64,000 nt of DNA, taken from contig NC_087437.1 of the NCBI RefSeq assembly GCF_036321535.1, forward strand, positions 122,390,001-122,454,000, given 5' to 3'. A model generated the notes under the pieces. It was given only the letters and a program-made list of their open reading frames with translations. It searched no databases and had not been told where the DNA came from. Shown in pieces: positions 11,251 to 22,495 of this stretch; position 1 is the first letter of the stretch; each line of letters opens with the position of its first letter. Source of the stretch: Camelus dromedarius (taxonomy: Eukaryota). The translations under genes were made by a program, and so were the position numbers.

Positions 11251-12022
11251 CAGCTCTGTGGTTGTCACGAGGCCGAGTGTCTTCTCCCTTGTCTGGTCAT
11301 CGCTGCGTGTTCCCACGCCTTGTCTGAGGCCGGAAGCCCCGAGCCCCCAGCTCCTCCGCACCATTCTCAGGGCACCGCAGCGTTTCCCTGTGTTTTCCTC
11401 TGGTTCTTTCGAGTCCTGACTTAGGTTTTGTCTTGGTCGCCTTGGCCACGTGAAAGCATGAGCCTCGATTTAAATGTTGACTCGAGCTTGTTGAGAGTCT
11501 GACGTTTAGGTTGACGTGACTTGTGTGAGTGGCTTTGAGGGAAAGGGGGTGACTGGTTGTGTTTCGAGGGGTGTCAAAACACCCTCGTGGGAGGTGTGGA
11601 AGTGGCGCTGAGCCCCTCTGCCCTCCTTCCCTCCCTCCCTCCAACAGGGACACTCGGGCTGGGCCCTGTCAGGCTGGTCACGGCAGTGACCTCATGGGGT
11701 GGGCCCAGCTCCCGGCTCTGGACGGGAAGTGCAGGGCAGTGGTGAGGAGAGACCTGGGAGCCCCGCGGCCGAGCAGGGCAGCCTTGGCCAAGGCCCTGGA
11801 CACGTGGCTGGTCAGGGAGGCCTGACCTGGGGCGGGGAGGGTGAGGACGGAGTCTGGTGGGCATGTGAGCGGGTGTGGCGGAGGCGCCGAGTCTGCGGGT
11901 CGGCCTCAGTGGGCGCACCCTCCCCCTTCTGCAAACAGGTGGGGCAGCAGATGGCGTGGACATGGTGATGAGGGAGGCAGGTGGGGACTTGTTGTGAGGT
12001 TTGCTCTGTGCTTTCCCCGCAG

Positions 12023-12176
12023 GAGAGCCTGTGTTTGCCACGATTAGAAGAAAACCGCTGGTGCCAGCTAGCAGTGCGGAAGTGCTGCCTGGAGGTCCAG
12101 CAGGATGTGGACCTCGTGGGCCCCCCGGTGTTGGAGGGGGAGCAGCCTGTGGGGCCCTCAGGAGAGCCCGACCAAG
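12023..12176 (+). CDS. PCNT: PCNT exon (about exon 12), 154 nt, divergent
   Basis: ctttccccgcag|GAGAGCCTG...GACCAAG|gtgcgt; ESLCLPRLEENRWCQL; phase 0-1. Confidence 0.85.
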
Positions 12177-12965
12177 GTGCGTGCCTTTCTGCTTTGCTGG
12201 TCCTGGGCGTCGGCCAGCGGGGAACGTTCTGGACACCTGCACATGCTGCCCGTGCTCCAGAGGGCTGGTGCTGAGGCCCCAGGGCGGGGTCGAGGGGCAG
12301 GCCAGGCGTGTCAGGAGGGGCCTGCCTAGGCAGCAGCGTGGCGGCTGGGGACAGAGAAGCTCTGTTGTCCCCAGGGCGTGGCCGGTGGGGCCCAGGAGAG
12401 CAGATGTGAGGCCGGCCCTGGACACGGAGTCCAGGAGAGGGCGGGCGCTGCTGCCTTCCTGCATGGGGCTGAGGTGGGGCAAAGGGTCCCAGCATGAGGG
12501 CCAGCAGGTCTGGGTCCCCTGGGGGCTCTGGCACAAGGCCTGTCTTCTCTGCTCCTCACCCTTCTCTCCTGCTTGAGAGGTGCCCTGCGGTCACCTCTTA
12601 GCACGTTCCAGTCGCTGGGCCCTGGTGGAAGTGCCCTGAGCGCCTCGGTCACGCTTGGCTCCTTCTCGAGCCCAGGACGGTCACAGGCCCTGGCAGAGCT
12701 GCCCTGGGGGCCGGGTGCCTGCGGCCCAGAGCTCCCTTCCTCTGTGGGTCAGCTGGCACCCAGACTGGAGGAGCAGCAGCAGGTGTGGGCGGCTCAGGAC
12801 GGGCTGCTGTCTGGGCCCCGGGCACAGTGACCCCTGCAGTGACCGCTCGGCTGAAGGGCCACTTCTGCCACCAAGCCCACCGGGGTCAGAGTCAGAGGGG
12901 ATGTTGTCTGAGGCTTTTGGAGGTAGGTGGCCTGTCCAGCCTGAAGCCCCGCCCTGTCCCCGCAG

Positions 12966-13183
12966 AGCTCGCCCGGGTGCCCCTTCTGTGTGCGCAGAAC
13001 GGGGCCCTGGAGGCGCAGGCACAGGTGGTGGCCGGAGTCTCACACGTGGGACCTGAGCACAAGGCTCAGCTCTCACTGCTTCAGATGCTGCTCCAGGACG
13101 AAGTCGACCTCCTAAGGGTGGAGAATAGAAGTCTGCGTGAGAAGCTGCAGCGTGAGGCCCGCCTGAGGGAGGACTTGGAGGAG
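12966..13183 (+). CDS. PCNT: PCNT exon (about exon 13), 218 nt
   Basis: gtccccgcag|AGCTCGCC...GAGGAG|gtaagt; EHKAQLSLLQMLLQDEVDLLRVENRSL. Confidence 0.94.
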
Positions 13184-13854
13184 GTAAGTTGAAACCCCTC
13201 GCCGCGCAGCGTCCACCGCGGCCTCGTGGGGACTGGAGGGCCCTCCCTGGAGTGCTCGTGGGGTCTTCCTTGGGGCCTGTCGCTCCTTCCACCGGGGAGG
13301 TGTGCCGCCTCCAGGCCTCCGCGTCTCCCGGAGTGTCCTCAGCCCCCAGCTCTTCCCGCTGGCCACGGTCATGCTTCTGTGGAGCGTACAGGCTGCTCGC
13401 TCACCGAGCTGAGACGTTAACTGCCCTAAGTGACTAGCGGCCTCCTTGGGGGCCGGCGGGGCCCGGCCTCACTGTGCCGTGGGGCCCGTCAGGAGCTTTT
13501 CTTCCTGGGCTCTTCCCGGTGGGGTCGCCTCGGGGTCTCGTTCTCCTCGGAGCAGAGTTTCATAGAAGCCGTTACTACCCGCAAGGCCAGTTGTGTGTTA
13601 TCCCCATACTAAGGCGGGGTGAGGACGGGGGCAAGGCTGACTCGGGACTGAGGTCTGTGGAGGGCCTGTGGCCCCAGCCGGGCAGCTCCTCTGCCAGCCT
13701 CTGCAGCTGTCGGCACTCAGCCTGAGCCCAAACCTGAACCCTAACTCAAGGACAGACTTGCCTCGATGGCCTTTGATGTTCCTGGACCACCCCTTTATCC
13801 ACTTACATAAATTATTAGAAGAGCGGTGTGGAGTTATCCGTCTCTTCCTTTAAT

Positions 13855-14090
13855 CGTCGGCTTTTGCTGTGAGTACGTTGAAGCTCTGATATTCCACGTG
13901 TACACACTTAGGACTGTTACGTCTTCCTGAGAAGTGGACCCTTTTGTCATCAGTGAAGCGACCCCCTTTGCCCTGGTGGTGGTCTTGGTGCTGAAATCTG
14001 CTTGTTTCTCTATTCACGTGCTTGTTCCAAGCTTTGCTTGTGTCTTGTTGATGGTGTGCCTCTTCCTGTCCATGGTACTTTTAATCTAGT
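13855..14090 (-). mobile_element. Old L1 ORF2 endonuclease-region fragment
   Basis: ttgaagctctgatatt...cttaggactgttacgtcttcctgagaagtggacccttttgtcatc. Confidence 0.6.
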
Positions 14091-15185
14091 GACAGTGTCG
14101 ACCTGAGGTTAGTGCCGACCCCGCCGGTTACGGTCTCGGCCCCACAGGATGCCCCCGCCCTCAGAGGCCAGCCCTCCGCTTTCTGGGTGCAGGGCTGCCC
14201 CGCGTCTGTGCACACGTGTGTAGTCAGGGTCGGCCGGGGCGCGTGTGATCGCAGAGTTTGCAGCTCTCCTCCTCGGCTCCGTCCTCACAGGCCCCCCTCC
14301 CTTCCCAGCTGCTCTGGTTCAAACAAGTAAGACTTGGGGTTGGGGATGGTTTCTGTGCTCACTGCATGGAGGGGTCAGCCCTGCAGGGCCGCATCTTTGT
14401 TCTGGGCCTCAGGCCCCGACCCCAGGGTCTTTCCTGGACTTTATGCAGAGTCTGCAGTCGTGTCTGGGAGCGTAGGTCTGATGAGAGCTGACCCTCAGCT
14501 GTCACCATGGGCAGGCCCTAAACTGTGTTCTAACAACTCGAGTAAGGAGTTGAGGTCAACCTCGCATACCTTTTTGGTCTGGTTTTACTTCTTTTTGATC
14601 ATCAGTTGACCTGCTTTCTTTCCTTTTTTGAATGTCAGAGTGTTTGCCTACGTTCCGCTTCCTGACTCACCTCCCTTCCAAAGGCCCCTTTGAGAGCATT
14701 GATTCTAGCCCATCAGCCTCCCGCTCGGTCCCTGTGACCCTGGAGCGTGAGCCGTGTGTTCGGGGCCTGACCCCGCCCGCTGCTGCTCTCCTGTGGCGCT
14801 CGGTCCCCCGGCCGACAGTGGGTTCTCTGTGTGCGGGTTGGCCTTCCCCTTGACTGCGGGCCCCGATGCGTCTGCTTTCCCCTGTGCTGGTCTTGGCACA
14901 GCAGAGGAGGCGCCCCACACGTGTGCCCAGGCTTGCCCACCCCGCAGATAATAGACGGTCCCGGCTGCCTGGATGGGGACACGTTTTACTTAAGCAAATG
15001 GTTTTAAATCTGTTCGCATTAAGCCCCTTCATTCCTGTCAGGGCAGACACATTCCCGTTGCTGTGTTCAGCACCATGCCCATGTGCTGCGGGACTTCTCT
15101 GTCTCCAGACGTGGATTGGGTCATTGCTGCCAATGGTCTTTTCAGTTAACTTGTTCCCTCTCAAGTGGAATCGTGCTGTCTACAG

Positions 15186-15637
15186 GGAAAACGTAATTTA
15201 GTGGAAGATCACCAGGCAGAACTGAAGAGCGCTGAGGAGAGGATCGAGCTGGTGAAACAAGAGCTCAGAGACAGAGAGGCAGAGTGGAACGTCACCAGCG
15301 AGGGCCTGAGGCAAGGCGCGGAGGAGAGGCTGGCACGGGTGTTCCTGGACCTGCGGGAACAGGCGGAATCTGAGAAGCGGTCCTTGACAGACAGGTTTGA
15401 GCTTCGAGAAGCTGAAATGAGGCAACTTCAGGACCAGCAGGCGGCCCAGATCCTGGCCCTGGAGGGGTCCCTGACGGAGCAGCAGGGCCGCCTGCGGCAG
15501 CTAGAGCTCAGCCTTGCCGGGGACGAGTCTCTGCGGTGCAGCCAGTGTGGCCGGGAGCTGGCCGGTGGCCTGGGTCCAGCGGACCAGGAGCGGGAGCCAA
15601 AGGAGGACAGTGACCATCTGCAGCCGGCCCAGAGCAG
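15186..15637 (+). CDS. PCNT: PCNT exon (about exon 14), 452 nt
   Basis: gtctacag|GGAAAACGT...AGCAG|gtgggt; FELREAEMRQLQDQQAAQILALEGSLTEQQGRL...CSQCGRE. Confidence 0.95.
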
Positions 15638-16722
15638 GTGGGTGACGTCCCGTGTCCGGGCTGGGCGCGGCTGAGCGTGCGGCCTTCTCGTCACCTGTGC
15701 TCTCCGCACCTGTTACGGCTCCGGCAGCAGAGCCGAGGCCTCGTTTACTGCAAGGCCGTGCAGCCTGAATTCATCGGGTTTCTTCTGTACTTTAAACTCA
15801 AACAGATGTTCTTTTCAACACATGCCTTTTTCTAAGCTGTTTGCCCACTTCCCTGAAGTTTTAAGCAAACGTAGAACGTGACTTGGTTTGGTGCCTCTTT
15901 GCAAACCTGGGCTGTAGTGGGGGTCCGAGGTTGGAGGTCGTTGGGGCTGCTGTTGGTTCTGCTGCTCGTGTGCGAGGGAGATGCGGGCGGGAGCTGCTCT
16001 GGGGTCTGAGAATCCGTCAGGTCCCGGCCCACCGTGTGTGAGCTGGACGGACACGACGCAGCGTGCAGACTCACGAGGCCTCCGTGTCCTCCCTGTGTCG
16101 GGCGGTCGGCGGAAGGGCGTGCGCGGGCTCTGGGGACAGTGAGCACAGAGAGCCCAGCCTAGCTCTCGTCACCCGTGCGCACCGATGTGTACTGGGCGCC
16201 CCCTTCCTGCTGGGGTCTGGGTGCTTCCATCAGAAAGGCGTCTTCCTGCTTGTCTGCCAGCCGGTGCCACCAGCAGCTCTTTGAATTCACGTCCCTGATG
16301 TACCCCGAAGAGCTGTCTCAGGTCCTCTGATGTTACGTGCGGCCCCGCGGCTCCCCGGAGGGATCCCGCTGCCTTCCCTGTTGAGGCGCTCTCTTTGCTG
16401 AGTTGTAGTCAGGCCTGCTTTCCCGGGGTGTCTGGTGGAAACGCGTGTGTGATTTCTTGCTGGGGATCCTGTGTCTCCCCCCTCCCCCCTGTCAGTCTGA
16501 CTGGGGACAGTCTGGCCTCTGAGCTCCTCCAGCTTCGTGGGCCCCGTCACTCTCTGCTCCCTGCTGGCTGTGGGCTCTCAGACCGTTTGCAGCAGAGAGA
16601 GGCACAGTCAGATCCAGGAGGGGTGGTCTTCCCAGGAGGCGTGGTGTTTCCCGCAGGAAACGTGGGGCTGGAGCACTTGTGACCATGCTGGTGTTCTGTG
16701 TTCTCTTGGCTGGTCACCTCAG

Positions 16723-17251
16723 ATTCTTAGGAGAACGTCGAGAAATCACAGAGAAGTTCATTGAGGAGCGAGATGCCTTCCTGCAGGAGGCCCAGGAGAA
16801 GCAAGCCAGCGAGCTCCAGCTCCTCCGGGAGAGACACCAGCAGCTCGTCCTGTCCTTGAGGGCCGAGCTGGAGACCAGGCACCAGGCTGAGCTTGAAGAG
16901 CTGCGGGCTTCATTCCAGAGTGAGCGGCGGGCTCGATCAGACGCTCGAGAGGCTGAACTGCAGGCAGAACTTGCTGCCGAAATCAGGGCTTTGGAGGCCA
17001 GGCACGTGTCACACCTGGACTCTTTGGAGTCCCGTTACCTGTCTGACATCCAGACCTTGCGGGGCCAGCACAGACGGGCCCTGGAGCTGCTGCGGGTGGA
17101 CCTGGAGGAGCAGCTGCAGAAGGAGGCTGCTCCTCACCATGTGATCCTGACCCGGGCTTTCAAGAAACTGGAGCTGCAGCAAGAAGACGCGCCTGCGTCC
17201 GCAGAGGAGCTAGGCATGGCGCGCACGGGAGCCCTGCGGGGGGCTCACCAG
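16723..17251 (+). CDS. PCNT: PCNT exon (about exon 15), 529 nt
   Basis: cacctcag|ATTCTTA...CACCAG|gtgagg; FLGERREITEKF...LDSLESRYLSDIQTL. Confidence 0.95.
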
Positions 17252-20200
17252 GTGAGGCGGGTGTTGGGGCGGTGGGCTTTCAGGTGTGTTTGGTCCCGGG
17301 CTCCTGGAAGGCTTGGGTCTCTGGTCCTGGAGAACGTGCCGCTGCGTGCAGTGCTCTCCATGGGGCCCCAAGGTTTGGGTGCTCCTGGGGCCTTGGGCGG
17401 GCGACCCCCGTGCACTAGCCTTGTGTCCCGCGTCAAGGGCAGCAGCTGCTTTTCTGGAGGCGGTCTCTGCGGGAGGCCCTGCCACCCTGGCTGGTGCCCA
17501 GCCTTCCTCCCCTGTGACCCGTGGCGCCTGTCTCAGGAACAGGACACGTTTATTTGGCCTGGAAGTTTGTCACATAGCGTGAAGTCAGGATGGGGTTTCA
17601 CCTCCTCACCGTGGATGGCTGCTGTGTGCCCTGCGGGGCTAGGTGTGTGCACCAGGCCTGGAGTGGGGGTGGCGCAGGTGGGGGCAGGTGGGGGCAGGTG
17701 GTGGCGGGTGCTGCCCGTGAGGTGGCGGAACGGTCCACAGCGATGGTATGGTTGATTGAAAGTCGCCGTTCTGGTGAATTAATGCTTTGTTGCATTTTTA
17801 AACTAGACATTCCACATCGTAAAGCAGGAGCTCTCCACCTCGTGAGAGCACGAGGACCAGGAGGAGCTGTCCCTCTGGACTGAGGCACACTCCGAGCGGA
17901 GGTTTGTGGGAGGGGCTCCGCTCCAGAAGTTAGTGTATCGTTTGCCTCCGTTCAGCGTGTCTCTGGATGGGAGGAAGGAAGCAGCCTCGCCTTGATGGGT
18001 GTGGTGGCTTCATTTTATGGGTGGCTCTCCAGTCTAGTGTGGTCTGCAGGCAGGATCTCCCATGAATTCCTGATTCCGGAGCAGGGCCGGTTCTGCGTGG
18101 GGTGGAGGGACTGTCACGTGTCTGAGCCTCTGGCCTGTCCCTGCGTTTGGGCCCCAGAACTTCTCCCTGGAAGCAGCTGGAGCCCTGTCGGCCTTGAGGT
18201 CTGGTCTAGAGGGCCTTCTGGTGCTGGGGAGGGGCCCCCGGCAGGTCCGAGCTTCACGAGCCTCAGGCCCTCGGTTGTCAGCTTCAGTTTCCTTCCACGC
18301 AGACAGACAGACTAGTAGATGCCACGGGGATCACGGCTCTTCCCAGCCCGTGGATTTAATTCTGATTCTCTTGGTTTACGTGATTTGAAGATAATGACGT
18401 TGTGAGAGCACATTGAGACAGAGGAAAGTATGTTTTACACGCAAAACCTGTGTATTTAAAACTACGATTTAATTGTATTAGTGCAAAATTCGATTGTAAG
18501 AAGCAGGTGGGAGGCGTGTGGTGGGGGACGGGTGTGTGGGGTGCAGCGCCCTGTGGACACGCTCGGCAGGAGGAGCTCGGGGACACGTGTGAGATGCAGA
18601 AGCAGCAGGTGCCCCAGGAAGGCTGCGCAGGGGGGCGGCTCTGATCGGCGGTGTGGCTCCTCCTGGGCTGAGCAGCTTCCAGGACGGCCTTGGGGCAGAC
18701 TCTGGCCCCCACCGGGCCACCAGTGACACCGGCAGAGCCTCCTTGGGCTTCTCGTGACCGGCGCCACGGCTTGCAGCCCAAGCGTTTGTGAAGCCCCCCC
18801 TCTGTGGGCTGGGCCCCATGGCCGGTGTGCAGGGGTCAGCTGGGGTCGTGTCAGGTCCAGAAGTGGGCACCTGTGCCGAGTGCCCCACAGGCGCTGCCAG
18901 CTCTGCACCCCATGCCGCACCCGTAACCCTGGGGCCCACGATCCCACCCAGGGACACGACCCTGCACGGACTCCACGCCACAGCCTCTGACCGCCGTCCT
19001 CGCCCTGGTTCTCGCGGTCCCAGCCACATGCTGCCTCCTGTTCTGGAGCAGCCTGGCTGTGCTCTCCCCTGCGCTTGTCTGTGTCCCCTGCCTGCACTCT
19101 CCTGCCCTCGCATCCTTCTCATCAAATGCCTTCTCAGTGAGCCCTTCGGACGGCCCCCTCAGGACTCCCAGCCCCGTGCGGCCACAGCACGGCCCCCGTG
19201 TGGGGCTTGCCGGGCTTACACTCTGTCCGCCCCGCGTCCCTGGCCCGCAGCGGCGCCCAGGCCGTGACCTCCTGGCAAGCGGGCCCAGAGGGTTTGGTGC
19301 CGAGGGACCAACTTTGCTTGTCCCCCCTGCAGACCTCTTCAGGGCAGTTATCGCCGAGGTGTCTGAGGCCCTGCCACACCGGGTTACGACCTCAGAGGTC
19401 AGGGGGTGGAGAGGGCGGCAGGGCCCGCCTGTGGTGCACCCGGAGGTTGGGGTCCGGGTGGGGTCCCTGAGCGGGTCAGTCCCACACGTGGGCCACTTGG
19501 TGGCCGGATGGAGGGGTGGAGGCGACTGCGCCAGTCGAGGCAAGAGCTGAGCCAGGCTGTCGGGAAGCCTGGGGATGGGGGGGCTGCTGAGGGTGGCCCA
19601 GGCCCTCCAGGGAAGTGCTCCTCGGGTCTGCTGGAGCCAGACTAGGGGCGCTGGGAGGGGCCCAGTGAGGCTGTAGTGCCTGCACTGCCTAGGGGGGCTG
19701 GTGGGGTGGGTCTGGCTGTGTGGGAGGAGGTGGCAGCGGCTGCCTGGGCGCCCTCGCTGTGGGAGTGGAGGCTGGAGCAGGCGGGCTCCTTGGGTGTGCT
19801 GACCTGCGTCCACACGGACCCTGCTTCCCTCGGCAGACGCTCCTGGTACTCTGCACACGCTGTGGCTTCTCCTTCCAATTTTTACACTTGGTGCATCAAA
19901 ATGTGAGTGAGCAGTGTGCCAGGTTGTGAGGTTGTCCTTCTGGTGAAGTCTCACAAAGCAGCTGGAGCCCTCTGAGCACGTGGGACGCCATGGAGGCTGG
20001 GACCTGACCAGGTCCTCATGACCCGTGTGGGGCTCATGGCCTCAGTGCCCTTTGAGTTGGTGCAGGGGATGCCTCGCCGCCACCTCCCGTGGTGTCTCCT
20101 CCCTGCGGGCCGGAGGGCACCGTCCTCGGATTTGAACTGCTGGTGCCTCCGTGTCTCCTGATCTCTCTGGGCGTGAGAACAGTAGGTGTTTTACGTGAGG

Positions 20201-22377
20201 TGTGTGCAGAGTTACTGCTCAGATTATAAACCTTTGCAAGTGCTGTTTGTGTGGGGCTTTTCAAAAGGACATGCTAACGTCTCATCTCTGACTACAAAGT
20301 AGGCCCTAGCGATCACCTGGGTTCCTAGATTAAAGTCAGGGTCTTAGCTGTGTGTGTCCACGTTGACTGCTCTGAAGTTAGTATTTAAACTGTTTCTTTG
20401 TGTGAAAGTTCCCAGAGTGAGAATGAGGGGAGGTGACAAGAACAAAGGGAAGCGCAGAAGTGAGATTCATCTCCTTTGGATGAAAAGCCTGGGAGTTGGC
20501 ACTTTTCTTGATTTGCTCCTTGAACACTGACTTGCCCTGGATCGGGCCAGTCTGGGTGGGTTTCCCCGGTTTGAAGGGATGAACGAGGGGAGGCCTGTGC
20601 CCCCAAGACGGCTCAGAGACATGCTCCGGTGTGATCCTGGCTGAGACCAGGCACTCAGCTGGTCACCGACTGTGTCACACAAACCATCTTCTCTCCACAG
20701 CGTCTTCCTGCTCAGTTTCATTTTTAAGAATAAAGACCCCTCCGTCCCCCAAGCCCCCCAGTGCCCCTCACTGTCAGCCAGTGGCCATCACAGAGGGTCC
20801 AGCGGCTGCCAGAGCTGTCCCACCACGGATACCGTGTGGGTCCTGCCGTCCCGGCCGCTCCTCCACGTTCGCATTGCTCTCGGGCTGAGCAGGTCCGTGG
20901 GTGCCGGGGGCCCTGCGTGCCCGGCCCCCTGAGAGTCTCCCGACGGCCCCCCCGGGCAGGGATACGGGTCCGAGAGCCTAGGACTTCTGCATGAGGCTGA
21001 GCCCCGTCCTGCTGGCTGGGTCTGCGGGTGTCGGGGTGACCGAGCGGGCGCCCATCCTCCGCTTCGGTGTTGGTGCTCGTTCCTGCCTCCTCTGGCAAGG
21101 CCACCCTGCCGCCCGCCCTTCCTGGGGCCTTTCCTGGTTCCCAGCTGGCAGTGCTCTGCCCTCCGCCCTGCAGAGGGTCTGTGTTCACCCTGCCACCTCG
21201 TTGACTCCTGGCCACGCCAGTCCTCACGTCGCTCGCTCAGCTTCGTCTGAACGCAGAGGGCATTTGGAAGAACTTTTCTAGTCGGGGGCACGTTTGTTCA
21301 AGTGCATTATCCCTTTTGTTTGCTCCCAAGAACGTGAGTGTTAGATACAGTTTTAGTGACCCTGTTTGTCCAGCTGATCTCACGCACACACAAAACTGGG
21401 TTTGTGGGGACATGGGACCGGCTGTTTTACTTTATTGGAGAAAGCTTCACGGACAGAGCAGAAGAGTTCAGGAAACCTCTGGATGCGGTGGCCCACGGGG
21501 CTAGTGGCAGCCTCAGTGCCCCCTTCTCCATCCTAACCCACGGGATTGACGGTGCTCCCCTAGGTTCCTCACATGTCCACCCACGTCCCAGCCTCTGCCT
21601 GTGCTGCTCAAATCAGGACCCACACGGGCCTCGCTTTACTGCCCCCCATGAGGTTGCGGAGCGTCCCTCGCTCCGGAGCCATGTCTGCACGCGGGCGGAT
21701 CCGGGTTCCTGTCCTGGGGAGAGTCCCCTGGGCGGGTGTGTGCCTCCTGGTCTCCCTCAGGCTTGCTCGCAGGCAGATGTCCTCAGAGCCTTGCTGGCGT
21801 CTCCTGGGAGGCTGTGGTCACTGTCCCCAAATAGCAGGGACGAGCTGTATGTCCGCCACAAATACCCCTGCACCTGTCGGAGAAGCTGTCACTTGTCAGA
21901 AGAGCTGTTTGCTGTGGGTGTGAGGCGATCGGATTACCTTCCAGGTCACTTCCCTTTGCAGTCTGCTTGTGAGAAAAGTTCCCTGAAAACGTAAGCCTGA
22001 TTCCGTTTTCTTAGAGATAAGCACCCTGTGAAGAAGTTCCCCTTGCGCTGGTGCCACTGGGCAGCGGAGGGAGGGCAGCGCCTGACCACAGCGTGACCGC
22101 CAGGCACGCCCAGGCAGGCTCGCCTCTCTTGGGAAAAAGATGTGTTCATGTGACTTTTGAAAATACGGAGAGAGCAAGCCTGTGGTCGTCTCAGGTGATG
22201 TCTGAGTGTCTGTGGCCCGCGACCAGCTGGGTTTGTCTTGTTACCCGGCTGGCGCTCCTCGTGCAGTGCTGCTTGGTTTTTATTCTTCCGGCATATTTGT
22301 GATTTTTTTTAAGATTAAAAAATACAAATTTCCCATATAATTCTGTGGATTTTTAGAAAACCTATGAATAACTTTTC

Positions 22378-22495
22378 TTGCTTATTTGTTTTGGGGGTAA
22401 TTATGTTTTTAAAAAGCTTATTTATTTATTTATTTTAATGGAGGTGCTGGGGATTGAACCCAGGACCTTGTGCGTGCTGAGCTACACCCTCCCCC
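22378..22495 (-). mobile_element. tRNA-derived SINE (Vic-1-like), internally deleted
   Basis: ttttaatggaggtgctggggattgaacccaggacc...gagctacaccctcccc is the reverse complement of the SINEs at 43986 and 50503. Confidence 0.85.

Noticed and set aside
11574..12536. 320-aa minus-strand ORF
   Set aside because: Pro/Gly/Ala/Arg-rich low-information translation of GC-rich intron, overlapping a PCNT exon in antisense, with no recognisable domain.
17252..17755. Read-through of the exon 15 frame into the intron
   Set aside because: There is a strong donor at 17251 and the composition changes abruptly from coiled coil to random GC-rich translation.
17894..17923. 8-bp hairpin GAGCGGAG...CTCCGCTC
   Set aside because: Too short to exceed chance in GC-rich sequence; no miRNA or snoRNA hallmarks.
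18851..19954. 367-aa minus-strand ORF and several overlapping ORFs
   Set aside because: Long ORFs occur in several frames at once because stop codons are scarce at this GC content. No coding-like composition.
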